Positions 36,894 through 46,150 of a stretch of DNA of 64,000 nucleotides are shown one piece after another. The notes below the pieces were generated by a model, which was given only the letters and a program-made list of their open reading frames with translations, was not told the DNA's origin and ran no database searches. The first letter of the stretch is position 1. The number at the start of each line of letters is the position of its first letter. The translations under genes and the position numbers were made by a program. The stretch is from an uncultured virus (IMG/VR IMGVR_UViG_2687453470_000001) (taxonomy: Duplodnaviria; Heunggongvirae; Uroviricota; Caudoviricetes), in IMG/VR virus record IMGVR_UViG_2687453470_000001; one strand, 5' to 3'.

Positions 36894-39800
36894 AGTTATT
36901 TATAAAAAAGACGCTTTGTCTGAAGAAAAGACAATTGAGCAGGCTCAAACCATTGGGCAATGGCTCACTTCAAAATATGAACATATGCCTGAGCATGTCC
37001 GTATCTTTCATACTACAAGCAATATGGATCATGCCGAAATTTCATTTGCGAATGAAGTCACACCAAAGAATGCATATGACTTAAAGCAGCTTGATTTCTT
37101 ACCGGGCACTTTTATCGTAGTTGAGAACCCTAAATGGGTCGCGGCTATTGTTTCGATTGTGATTAGTATTGCGATCGCATTTTTAATGCCAACGCCATCA
37201 ATAGCACAAACGACTCAAAATACTAACCAGTCTTCTTCAGCAAACAATGAACTTTCTAACCGGGAAAACAAGATCCGGGTGAATGGTCGTATTGCTGATA
37301 ACTATGGAGCTGGGTGGAATACTCCCGACCTAATCGCAGTACCTTACAAGGTATATGAAAACAACGTTGAAGTTGAGCATGTAGTGGGCTGTATTGGGCG
37401 TGGACACTATAAAATCAATGGAGCTTATGACGGTGAAACCAATATTGTCGATATTGCTGGCGCATCGGTAGAAGTCTTTCGACCAGGTGTAGATATTGTT
37501 TCAGGTGAGCCATATTTTTCGCTTGGTACCGAAATTACCACGCCGCCACTAACGGTTCAGCATCAAACTTCTGTTAATGGCCAAGTTCTCCGTCCAGCAG
37601 ATACACAGTCTTTAGAAGGTACGAACTACCTTCATTTTGCATATCCAAACGAGATCCTTCGGGCATCTGCAAACAATACGGATTTAACCACTAAGTTTGT
37701 AAGTAATGACCGCGTAGAAATCACCAATGCCTCATTCACGTTTAACGGCCAGACTTATGATTTAAACGGCACTTACAGCGTTCTATCGGTAGCAGATGAT
37801 CGAATGACGTTATCAAATCCGGCGGCCGTTAATGCTAACTGGTTAAAGCTTAAAGAGTTAAATAACCAACAAACTGCAGCTTTGTCACCAAAGATCAGTT
37901 CAATAGGTGAAAAATGGATTGGTCCATTCATTCTGGACAATGTTGAACGTAGCCGGGTGCTGTGTAATTTTGTGGCCACAAATGGACTTTATACCGTTTC
38001 TTCAGGTGGGAATCAGGCCGCTGTTAACGTCACGATTGAAGTTGAAGTAACACCGGTAAATGAATCTGGTGCAGCGATTGGTAATCCGATGCTGAAGCAG
38101 ATCATTTTGAAAGGTTCGGCAAAGTCGCGTCAAACCGTTGGCGCAACGCTGGATATGGTGACATTTCAAGGTCGCTGTAGTGTCCGTGCACGTCGTTTAA
38201 CACCAACACCGGCGGTTACAACGGTAGTAGATGAAGTAAAGTGGCAGGCGCTTTATGGTGCTTATCCTTTGCAAAGCACAGTGTATGAACATGAAACGGT
38301 TTTTCGTGCGCGCACTTATGCAACCACTGGAGCTTTATCTGTTAAGTCCCGCAAGATCAATTTTGATCTTCAGCGGATGTTACCGACTTTTAAAAACGGC
38401 GCAATGACGACAGAGCTATTTCCAACATCAAGCTTTGCTGATGCATTGGTTTCAATGGCACTGGATGACAAGATAGGCCGCCGTACGATCGACGAAATAG
38501 ATCTGGAAAATATCTATCGGACTTATAACGATGTAGTTGATTATTTTGGTACACCACTTGCGGCTGAGTTCTGTACTACGATTGATGATACAAACCTGTC
38601 TTTTGAAGAGCTGGTCACCAATCTTTGTGATGCCGTGTTTTGTACTGCATATCGTCAAAATAATAAGCTCAAGCTTTATTTTGAACGTCCAACTGATAAC
38701 TCGGTAATGCTATTTAACTTCAGGAATATTATTCCTGATAGTTACAAGCATGATCTTACCTTTGGCGTGATGGATGACTACGATGGACTGATCTATGAAT
38801 ACACGGATCCGGCCGACGATAGTCGTATCAATATCTATCTACCGGATAAAGGGGCCAAGAACCCCAAAGAGGTGAAATCTGTAGGTGTGCGTAACAAGTG
38901 GCAAGCTCATTTTAATGCGTACCGGCTTTGGAACAAGCTTCGCTTCCAGCGCAAATCCATTACCTTTGATGCGGCACCTGAGTCAGAATTACTGGTTTTA
39001 CGTGACCGGATCGCTGTAGCTGATTATCGCAATGGTATTCATCAAAGCGGTGAGGTGGTACAGCAAGAAGGTTTAATTCTCACCCTAAGCCATGATGTCG
39101 ATTTCATTGCAGGCAAGAGTTATGTGATTTATTTGCAAATGGGGGATGGTACCGTGGACCTGATTCCCGTTACGCCGGGTTCAGCCAAGAACAAAGTAGT
39201 TTTAGGGCGTTTACCGAACGGGGCCTTAAAGCTTAGTCCCGATGACTTTGTGAATACTATCTACACCGTAGTTAATGACGATACCAAAGGCTCACTGCCT
39301 TATCTGGTTGCAAAAAGAGAACCGGCTGACCAGTTCTCTAATACCATTACTGCAATTAATTACGATGAACGTTATTACCTCAATGACAAGGACTTTATTG
39401 ATGTGCCGGTTGATGATTCACCGATTTACATTCGATATGACCAGCTGGATATTAATCTGGCACGTTTATATCAGATGCAAAGAGGGGATTTGCCAACGAC
39501 TGGAGAAATCAGTTTTGTAGTTGAAGCAGGTGCACTAGTTTCAAGTTCAAGTTCTTATCGACCGGAAACCAGATTTGTCTATAAATTCGACTATAACTCT
39601 AGTCCTGCAAAACGAGAGTATATCGTTCCAGCTGCATCAGAATTACCTGCTATTGATACTGGTGAGTTCCCACCTGATCTCGTGGTAAATTTGACTATTA
39701 AAGGTGCTGTTGTTGGACGTGGTGGAGATGGCGGGTTGCCACATTTGGCATTTGGTGCATGGTCTACCGATCCGGATTATAACTTTACTAAAACCCGCCG

Positions 39801-40311
39801 TGACGGTTTTCAGGGAGCACCCGGTTTATTAAACCGGCACAGTAAACTAAACCTGATTATTGATGGTGGAACTCTGGCTCGAGGCGGCTCAGGTGGTGGA
39901 GCAACACCAAGCGGTATTTATACAGGATTATCGTATGGAGTTCAGGGTATTCCCGGTGGAGCTGGAGCACCTTTTGGTCGGGTTATGACCGGACAACCTA
40001 TTACTAACGATTCACAAGACTGGCGTTGGTACTTAAATGGTGACTTTATGGTTGTCAAAGTAACCGATGCCGAAGCTTCGGTACCCGGTAAAGGTTACCG
40101 AACCCAAAATGATCGATATGGATCTCCATTGTCTGGTGATGGTGGAGGTTGGGGCCAGCGCGGTACCAAGTCCACCAATGATGGAACATGGAACTGGCAA
40201 TACCATGGCACAACTGAAGGCCAGCCGGGGCCGGGTGGACCTGCAATTGTTGGGGTGGCACCACTTACAACTCAATTGATCAATGGAGGGAAAATTCTAC
40301 AAACACTTTAA
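36886..40311 (+). CDS. Central tail tip/host-specificity protein (J-like)
   Basis: 1141 aa; last tail gene; Gly-rich C-terminal domain. Confidence 0.85.
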   Translation: MIKVIYKKDALSEEKTIEQAQTIGQWLTSKYEHMPEHVRIFHTTSNMDHAEISFANEVTPKNAYDLKQLDFLPGTFIVVENPKWVAAIVSIVISIAIAFLMPTPSIAQTTQNTNQSSSANNELSNRENKIRVNGRIADNYGAGWNTPDLIAVPYKVYENNVEVEHVVGCIGRGHYKINGAYDGETNIVDIAGASVEVFRPGVDIVSGEPYFSLGTEITTPPLTVQHQTSVNGQVLRPADTQSLEGTNYLHFAYPNEILRASANNTDLTTKFVSNDRVEITNASFTFNGQTYDLNGTYSVLSVADDRMTLSNPAAVNANWLKLKELNNQQTAALSPKISSIGEKWIGPFILDNVERSRVLCNFVATNGLYTVSSGGNQAAVNVTIEVEVTPVNESGAAIGNPMLKQIILKGSAKSRQTVGATLDMVTFQGRCSVRARRLTPTPAVTTVVDEVKWQALYGAYPLQSTVYEHETVFRARTYATTGALSVKSRKINFDLQRMLPTFKNGAMTTELFPTSSFADALVSMALDDKIGRRTIDEIDLENIYRTYNDVVDYFGTPLAAEFCTTIDDTNLSFEELVTNLCDAVFCTAYRQNNKLKLYFERPTDNSVMLFNFRNIIPDSYKHDLTFGVMDDYDGLIYEYTDPADDSRINIYLPDKGAKNPKEVKSVGVRNKWQAHFNAYRLWNKLRFQRKSITFDAAPESELLVLRDRIAVADYRNGIHQSGEVVQQEGLILTLSHDVDFIAGKSYVIYLQMGDGTVDLIPVTPGSAKNKVVLGRLPNGALKLSPDDFVNTIYTVVNDDTKGSLPYLVAKREPADQFSNTITAINYDERYYLNDKDFIDVPVDDSPIYIRYDQLDINLARLYQMQRGDLPTTGEISFVVEAGALVSSSSSYRPETRFVYKFDYNSSPAKREYIVPAASELPAIDTGEFPPDLVVNLTIKGAVVGRGGDGGLPHLAFGAWSTDPDYNFTKTRRDGFQGAPGLLNRHSKLNLIIDGGTLARGGSGGGATPSGIYTGLSYGVQGIPGGAGAPFGRVMTGQPITNDSQDWRWYLNGDFMVVKVTDAEASVPGKGYRTQNDRYGSPLSGDGGGWGQRGTKSTNDGTWNWQYHGTTEGQPGPGGPAIVGVAPLTTQLINGGKILQTL

Positions 40312-40378
40312 ATCTTAAAAGAACTTTGAGCACCCAATTCGGGTGCTTTTTTATTGCCTAAATTTTCTGGAGATATAA

Positions 40379-40768
40379 ATGGAACCAGTTTCAACAAGCG
40401 GTTTAACAGCAATTTTAAAATTTTATGGTGCAGCAATTATGGTGACGTTAGCGGTTGCTTTAGTTGCAGCAGTTGTATTGATGACACGTATGCCACGATC
40501 ACCTCAAGAATGGGCTGTAGGACTTATTTGTACGGTTGTATCAAGTTTGGCTGGCGGCTCATTCATTATTGTGAAGTGGGGGCTTCATGAATGGGTTACT
40601 GATGTATGGGGAATGATTGCACTTGGTGGTTTCTTCTTTGTTTGTGGTTTACCCGGTTGGGCTTTGGTCCGTTGGATTTTTAACTTCATAGATAAACAGG
40701 AAGGGAAAACGATTGTTGAAGTGATCAAAGAGTTTAAGAAAGCCAAAAACGATATTACGAACAGTTAA
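40379..40768 (+). CDS. Holin
   Basis: Three TM helices and charged C-terminus; upstream of the endolysin. Confidence 0.75.
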   Translation: MEPVSTSGLTAILKFYGAAIMVTLAVALVAAVVLMTRMPRSPQEWAVGLICTVVSSLAGGSFIIVKWGLHEWVTDVWGMIALGGFFFVCGLPGWALVRWIFNFIDKQEGKTIVEVIKEFKKAKNDITNS

Positions 40769-40879
40769 TGCCGCCTTCGGGCGGTCTATTAATACTAATG
40801 TATCAATTAGTGTCTTCTTTATATTGTTTTTATAATTTGTTATCTTCTTTTGTCTTTACTTTATAAGAGAGGAATAAAA

Positions 40880-41422
40880 TTGAATATCATTTCATTTGAC
40901 GAAGAATTATTAAAAACAACAGCACGACACTGGATTGATCGCGGTATAGCATTAAATCTTGATGACGAATTAATTGAGTTAAATGAACAGTTTTTCGAAC
41001 ACATTCAAGCAAGTAAAGATTATGGGGATTATTTAACGCGAGAAAGTCTAAACACTTACATTGGTATTTGTGAAGATGATTGTGATCATCCAAATGTTAT
41101 TGTTGAAGTCGGTTATCATCGTCGTGGACGTGAATTAACGTTAAAGATTTTTGATATCTACATTAGCCCAGAGCTTGATAGTTTAGTTGATTCAGAATAT
41201 GATTCGAAATACGCAGAATATTTGATCTTTATTATTCAAAAATTCTTGCAGCATGCTGATTGTTCTGGTAGTGCGACTAAAATCTACGCACGTACGGACT
41301 ATAGTCAAGCATTCTTACAGCGAATGCATGACGCAGCAGAATCCATTAAATCAGAATTAGATAAAGCTGGTTTGACAGTTAAGTTTGAAGGTAAGCGTTG
41401 GCTTGCCTTTCGACGTCAATAA
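40880..41422 (+). CDS. Moron protein, possible GNAT-like fold
   Basis: GAGAGGA RBS + TTG start; LKIFDIYISP beta4-like segment; inserted between holin and lysin. Confidence 0.65.
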   Translation: MNIISFDEELLKTTARHWIDRGIALNLDDELIELNEQFFEHIQASKDYGDYLTRESLNTYIGICEDDCDHPNVIVEVGYHRRGRELTLKIFDIYISPELDSLVDSEYDSKYAEYLIFIIQKFLQHADCSGSATKIYARTDYSQAFLQRMHDAAESIKSELDKAGLTVKFEGKRWLAFRRQ

Positions 41423-41438
41423 ACCTTACTAAATAGGT

Positions 41439-41627
41439 GTGGGAATTATGAACGTTATTTCATTGCTAAGTCATGTTCAATTAACTGAAACAAAACAACA
41501 AAAAGTTAATGAATTGGTAGCTCAGTGTGTATTGTCTGCTTGTGCAAAAACTCCAAGTATGCGAGAAGTTCTCAAGGGTGATATGCGCAGCACCATTCAT
41601 GCATCTCGTCTCCGAAAAGTATCATAA
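41439..41627 (+). CDS. Small moron protein
   Basis: Follows the previous ORF; then terminator aaaccccgc-attt-gcggggtttttt. Confidence 0.55.
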   Translation: MGIMNVISLLSHVQLTETKQQKVNELVAQCVLSACAKTPSMREVLKGDMRSTIHASRLRKVS

Positions 41628-41688
41628 AATCTAAAAATCAGAAAAACCCCGCATTTGCGGGGTTTTTTATTGCCTAAAGGAAACCGAA

Positions 41689-42234
41689 ATGAACATTGAA
41701 AAATATCTTGATGAATTAATTAAGCGCGAAGGTGGTTACGTAAATAACCCAGCAGACCGTGGTGGTGCAACTAAGTATGGAATTACTGAAGCAGTTGCTC
41801 GAGCAAATGGATTCAAAGGTAATATGCGAGATTTACCTCTGGATGTGGCCAAAGCAATTTATCGCAAAAACTATTGGACAGCCCCACGTTTTGATCAGGT
41901 GAATATCATTTCTTCTGCTGTAGCTGAAGAGCTTCTAGACACTGGTGTGAATTGCGGTACCGGATTTGCAAAACCTCTTTTACAACGTGCTTTGAATCTC
42001 CTAAATAACAATGGTAAAGCAGGGTGGCCAGATTTATCAGTAGATGGGATATATGGTCCGGCAACTCTTAATGCACTCAAAACTTATTTGGTCAAACGCG
42101 GGAAAGAAGGAGAAAAAGTTTTAGTTCGAGTTCTGAATATTATGCAAGGTCAGCGTTACATTGAAATCTGTGAGCGCAATCCAAGCCAAGAACAATTTTT
42201 CTATGGCTGGATTGCTAATCGAGTATCAATGTGA
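41689..42234 (+). CDS. Endolysin, GH108 family with PG-binding domain
   Basis: REGGYVNNPADRGGATKYGIT; LQRALN; VDGIYGPAT; FFYGW. Confidence 0.93.
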   Translation: MNIEKYLDELIKREGGYVNNPADRGGATKYGITEAVARANGFKGNMRDLPLDVAKAIYRKNYWTAPRFDQVNIISSAVAEELLDTGVNCGTGFAKPLLQRALNLLNNNGKAGWPDLSVDGIYGPATLNALKTYLVKRGKEGEKVLVRVLNIMQGQRYIEICERNPSQEQFFYGWIANRVSM

Positions 42235-42319
42235 AGTACCTAATTTTACTGTGCATTCTACTCAAGACTGCACAGTTACTTCGACGTATAGTGAGGTAGT
42301 TGTAAAAGTTTATAGGTAA
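42231..42319 (+). pseudogene. Possible frameshifted small lipoprotein after the endolysin
   Basis: VKYLILLCILL, then DCTVT...VKVYR in a shifted frame. Confidence 0.35.
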
Positions 42320-42422
42320 GTTATAGGATTGATTGGTAATAATCTTTAAATTTTAGGGGGGGATTGTTCAGATGTAGTGTATTCTGTAAAATAAAACTTA
42401 ATTATATTTTGCTTTCAATACA

Positions 42423-43103
42423 ATGAACGATCAAGTTTTCCAATTACAAATTGTTATAAATGGAGGTTTAACCCCCATTCAATCTAAGCCAGAAACACTT
42501 GATAAATTAGTAAAAGAATTTGCTATAAATCATTTGTTGTTTCCAAAAGAAATAACTGAACAATTAATTGAGATTAATTCTCAGGATGGTTCTCAAACAA
42601 AAAAGATAACTAAATTTATTGATTTGGTTAGTAGCAATCAAAAATGTACCTACCAAATTAGAAATGATTCACTTGTATTTTTAAATTCCTTTGAGAAAAT
42701 AGAGGAATTAGAAAGTATATTTGAAAAGTTTTTTAAATCGTTTTCGGATCTGACCCCATATATAAACTATAAACAATCAAAAAGATTGGGGCTAGTTCTT
42801 ATTAGGGAGGATTATAATGAGGTTACATTACGCGAGTATTGTACTTCAGAAGAATTAGATCGAAATGTTATTGAGAATAGATCGAGAAAAGTTACTCGTT
42901 TTGCTATGGCGGAACTAAATGAAATGGTAAATTTATCTGTTTCAAAAGATTATGTAACTCATGAATCAGGAGTTTCTCGAAATACTCTAGCAAGTGTTTA
43001 TGATGTTAATACGTTATCTACTAAGGATGTTTTTAGATTTACAAGTAAGGATGTAGTAAAGTTTATAAATGCTTCAAAGAAATTTATTTTAGAATCAATG
43101 TAA
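42423..43103 (+). CDS. AT-rich cargo gene 1 (alpha/beta protein, TIGR04255-like by eye)
   Basis: 226 aa ORF; KRLGLV and YDVNT motifs. Confidence 0.6.
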   Translation: MNDQVFQLQIVINGGLTPIQSKPETLDKLVKEFAINHLLFPKEITEQLIEINSQDGSQTKKITKFIDLVSSNQKCTYQIRNDSLVFLNSFEKIEELESIFEKFFKSFSDLTPYINYKQSKRLGLVLIREDYNEVTLREYCTSEELDRNVIENRSRKVTRFAMAELNEMVNLSVSKDYVTHESGVSRNTLASVYDVNTLSTKDVFRFTSKDVVKFINASKKFILESM

Positions 43104-43113
43104 GATTTTTTAT

Positions 43114-43761
43114 ATGAACTATTCAAATAATTTATCTAATAATACTATGTATGAAAGTGGTAATCATAAAAAGATAATCACTAAGTACGAGATTGAAACA
43201 ATAAAAACGGTTTGGCAAACCGATAAGATACAGTCTTTTTTAAAAGATTACTTAAATACAGACGTAGTTAGTATTACTGACCCCACTGTTATAGAACAAA
43301 AGATAGGGGAAGAGAGCTTAAAGCAAATTAAAAGAGAATTTGATATTTTTAAGAATAAATTTGATAATTTTCTGAGATATGAAGATGTGCCAGTCGATTA
43401 TGTTTCACCTATTGAAAATGAATTAATCAACTTTTATAAACATAGTAAAGTTGAAGTTCAAGAACAAATTAGCCAATGGATTATTGATTCTTTTGATAAC
43501 ACAAAGGTTCTTCTTAATATTTTAAAAATTTTAGGTAATATTGCTCCTGATTTTATTGATCATCAATTTTTAACTAATTTTCTTATCGTTCTTAATCATA
43601 AAGATACTGAAATCAAAGAATATGCATTAAGAATTCAAGAGAAATTAATGCTTCCATCATATAATAATGTACTGAAGCACTCTAAGTTAACTCCAAAATG
43701 GATTGATGACTATAGAAAAGAATTGGTTGAATTGTATGAAGAAGATAATAAAGGTAGTTAA
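43114..43761 (+). CDS. AT-rich cargo gene 2 (helical, HEAT-like C-terminus)
   Basis: LNHKDTEIKEYALRI.EK helical repeat pattern. Confidence 0.6.
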   Translation: MNYSNNLSNNTMYESGNHKKIITKYEIETIKTVWQTDKIQSFLKDYLNTDVVSITDPTVIEQKIGEESLKQIKREFDIFKNKFDNFLRYEDVPVDYVSPIENELINFYKHSKVEVQEQISQWIIDSFDNTKVLLNILKILGNIAPDFIDHQFLTNFLIVLNHKDTEIKEYALRIQEKLMLPSYNNVLKHSKLTPKWIDDYRKELVELYEEDNKGS

Positions 43762-43767
43762 TTTAAT

Positions 43768-43953
43768 ATGACTATTTTTGTAAGAAAGATAAGTAAAGCA
43801 AAATGGCCTTCTGAAGAGGAAATTGCAGAAAAAGCACTGGATTCAGAAATTATACCTTTTGTCAGAGCCGATGCCTTAACTACTTGTTTAAAAACTTCTC
43901 AAAATACTTTATCTGTTTGGGCAGAAAGATTAAAAGAAATAAAGGCGGTTTAA
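43768..43953 (+). pseudogene. Truncated cargo gene 3, probably fused to the last codons of an integrase
   Basis: FVRKI...LSVW N-terminus, then AERLKEIKAV*, which I recall as the C-terminus of Acinetobacter phage tyrosine integrases. Confidence 0.55.
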
Positions 43954-43960
43954 CCGCCTT
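43942..43960. terminator. Palindrome at the convergent stop codons
   Basis: AAGGCGGTT-T-AACCGCCTT. Confidence 0.55.
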
Positions 43961-44228
43961 AAACTGTTGCAAGCTGTGCTGTATTAAGCACAGTCTTGCT
44001 TTGCTCATATTTCAAAACGTCTTTCTTTTTATATGAAACACGTCTCCCAATTTTCGAGAAAGGCAGTGATGATTGATCACAACGCATTCTAGCTAATGTC
44101 CAAGGCGAGCAATCTAAATAAAGTGCTACAACCTCTTGAGGAAACTTCTGTTCTTCATTAGCCATTATGAAGCGATCCAAATATTCTTGTTGCTCTGCAT
44201 CAGATAGATTTCTCAGATCTTTTAACAT
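43959..44228 (-). CDS. Excisionase-like HTH protein
   Basis: VALYLDCS.WTL...R......PF.KIGRRV.Y...DV; last leftward early gene. Confidence 0.8.
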   Translation of the reverse strand: MLKDLRNLSDAEQQEYLDRFIMANEEQKFPQEVVALYLDCSPWTLARMRCDQSSLPFSKIGRRVSYKKKDVLKYEQSKTVLNTAQLATV

Positions 44229-44582
44229 TTACTCCTCCTTACTTTCCGCTTTAACTTCTCGATCAAGACGCTCAATCTCCGCAATTAATAAAGCGGCTGC
44301 ACGAACCAAATCTTGTCTTGGGCTTTTTGGTTTCCAGAAAGTATCAGCAAAAGGCCACCATCCTGCAGCATCCTCATCCATATACACTTCGGGGCCGAAA
44401 TCTTTGCTGTTATAAACCCAACCTCTACTTACTACATGATCAACGTAACAAGATGCAGCTCGTGGCAATTCATTTGCTTCATAGAGATTATCAAATTCAG
44501 GTAAATACCCTTCTTTTATAATTTGGCGTTCTCTTTCATTAAGAACATCTTTGACAGCTTGACTGCTATATAATTCACTCAT
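44229..44582 (-). CDS. Conserved phage protein
   Basis: ER.RQ..KEG...D....EL..AA.CY...WKP...R.DLVRAAALL.AEIERLDR, a common phage domain. Confidence 0.75.
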   Translation of the reverse strand: MSELYSSQAVKDVLNERERQIIKEGYLPEFDNLYEANELPRAASCYVDHVVSRGWVYNSKDFGPEVYMDEDAAGWWPFADTFWKPKSPRQDLVRAAALLIAEIERLDREVKAESKEE

Positions 44583-44971
44583 CCCTCAGCTCCCGATTCG
44601 CTTGCCACTTCAACCATCAAAGAATAAATAGGCGTGTAATGATCACGAGTCCCATCGCCCCAATGGAATCCACTATTTTCTAAACAGCTAACAACGCTGT
44701 CTGGAATCTCTTTCGGCACAACTACATAACCCTCTGGCACCGCCTGAGCTTTGGCTTTTTCTAGCTCTGCATCACGATGCTTTGCACATCTAAGCCAAGC
44801 ATCCCAACGGCTATTCATGTTGCTTATTTCTTTCTGAGCAATTTCAGAAGGATTGTTTGATCTAGTCATAAACAGTTCATGCTCATGACTAAAAATAATG
44901 TCTCTTCTTCCTTTGTAATATTGGAAGGTATTCAGAAAAGCCTCTCTTTCCTTATTCAAATCAAACATCAT
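44579..44971 (-). CDS. Hypothetical phage early protein
   Basis: Coupled ORF; AVPEGYVVVPKE linker. Confidence 0.7.
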   Translation of the reverse strand: MMFDLNKEREAFLNTFQYYKGRRDIIFSHEHELFMTRSNNPSEIAQKEISNMNSRWDAWLRCAKHRDAELEKAKAQAVPEGYVVVPKEIPDSVVSCLENSGFHWGDGTRDHYTPIYSLMVEVASESGAEG

Positions 44972-45216
44972 TAGGCCCTCAAATATTCTTCTTTAGTCCA
45001 CTCAACAAACTCTTTATAAAGCTGCTGCGCGGGTTTATTTAACCGGTTGTGATAGTCGATCGTTATGCGGCGCCAAGCGACTGGTACCGCATAATGTTTG
45101 GTTAGAAACATTGCTTGATCCATGCCTTGCCGGACTATTACGTAGCCCAGCAATTGCAAGTAGTACATAAAACCAAGCATGTGTTTTTGGCTCACTTTCT
45201 TGTACTGATCTTTCAT
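44971..45216 (-). CDS. Hypothetical protein
   Basis: Coupled ORF. Confidence 0.65.
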   Translation of the reverse strand: MKDQYKKVSQKHMLGFMYYLQLLGYVIVRQGMDQAMFLTKHYAVPVAWRRITIDYHNRLNKPAQQLYKEFVEWTKEEYLRA

Positions 45217-45217
45217 A

Positions 45218-46150
45218 TTAGAAACCGTCTCCTAATAAATAATCAGGCTCAGCCTCTTGAAGTGGCGTAGATGTAGGGTTCTCTAATTCAAAGCGGCGTT
45301 TCTTAACAAAGTCCATGAGTCGTGATTGAATCTGTGGATCTCGTGCGGCCACATCTATTTCCAAAGCATCTAATGTTGTGAGGTCGGGCGCGTTTTGGAT
45401 CTGGACCATTAGTGAAGGTGGTTCAGTTGCTTGCGCCTTAGATTTTTCGAGCTCTTCAAGACGTTTGTGAGTTGCAAGTAGCAAAGGCTCCATTTGTTTA
45501 TCAGACCAAGTGCGTGTATATCGATAAACTGCATTTACTTCGTCTGGTGTTTTTGAGTCCTTAACTCGTTGCAGCAGGGTATCAAGTTTCTTCTGATATT
45601 CTGAATCAGCGGTTTCTGATTCAATAGCCGGCTCAGCTGTTTGTGCTTTTTCTACAACCTCTGGTTTTGAATTTTTAACTTTTAGAGATTCCGCATGACT
45701 TTCTGAAGGCTTTTCTTCTTCGACTTCTTCAGTAGGCTTATTTAGAAGTTTTAGAATGTCTTCCGCAAACTCACCACCGCTGATTTTAATAATCGCGCAG
45801 CAATGAGCAAATGCATTATCAAAACTTGAGTGAACTTGGCCATGCTGGAGCATGCGCAATTGTCCTTTAGATCCATTCCACTTAAACTGCTGCACACCTA
45901 ATTCAACAGTTGGGCTAGGGTAAGAGCAAGTAGAACCTTTTTCTGGCGCAACTCTTAATGGTTCTGGTACCTCAAATTCACCAATAAAAATAGTTCTAGG
46001 CTTTAATTGAAATTCGAATTTATCAAAAACATCAAAGCCAAAGTCATAAGGGTTAAATGGTTCCCAGCCATTACGCTCAGTATTATTTACTAAAAGTAAT
46101 TCACCGTTGGCCCAAGCAAGTTTGGCTTCAACTTTATTTAGAATTTTCAT
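45218..46150 (-). CDS. Homologue of 344..1696
   Basis: Shared N- and C-terminal blocks. Confidence 0.8.
   Translation of the reverse strand: MKILNKVEAKLAWANGELLLVNNTERNGWEPFNPYDFGFDVFDKFEFQLKPRTIFIGEFEVPEPLRVAPEKGSTCSYPSPTVELGVQQFKWNGSKGQLRMLQHGQVHSSFDNAFAHCCAIIKISGGEFAEDILKLLNKPTEEVEEEKPSESHAESLKVKNSKPEVVEKAQTAEPAIESETADSEYQKKLDTLLQRVKDSKTPDEVNAVYRYTRTWSDKQMEPLLLATHKRLEELEKSKAQATEPPSLMVQIQNAPDLTTLDALEIDVAARDPQIQSRLMDFVKKRRFELENPTSTPLQEAEPDYLLGDGF

Larger units (their letters stand above)
1..43920. mobile_element. Prophage 1 (lambdoid siphovirus-like; left end outside window)
   Basis: Ordered early-left, cI/cro, replication, Q, terminase, portal, capsid, tail, tape measure, holin and endolysin modules. 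Confidence 0.93.

Noticed and set aside
36886..40311. Diversity-generating retroelement or invertible tail cassette
   Set aside because: No reverse transcriptase, invertase or template/variable repeat pair seen
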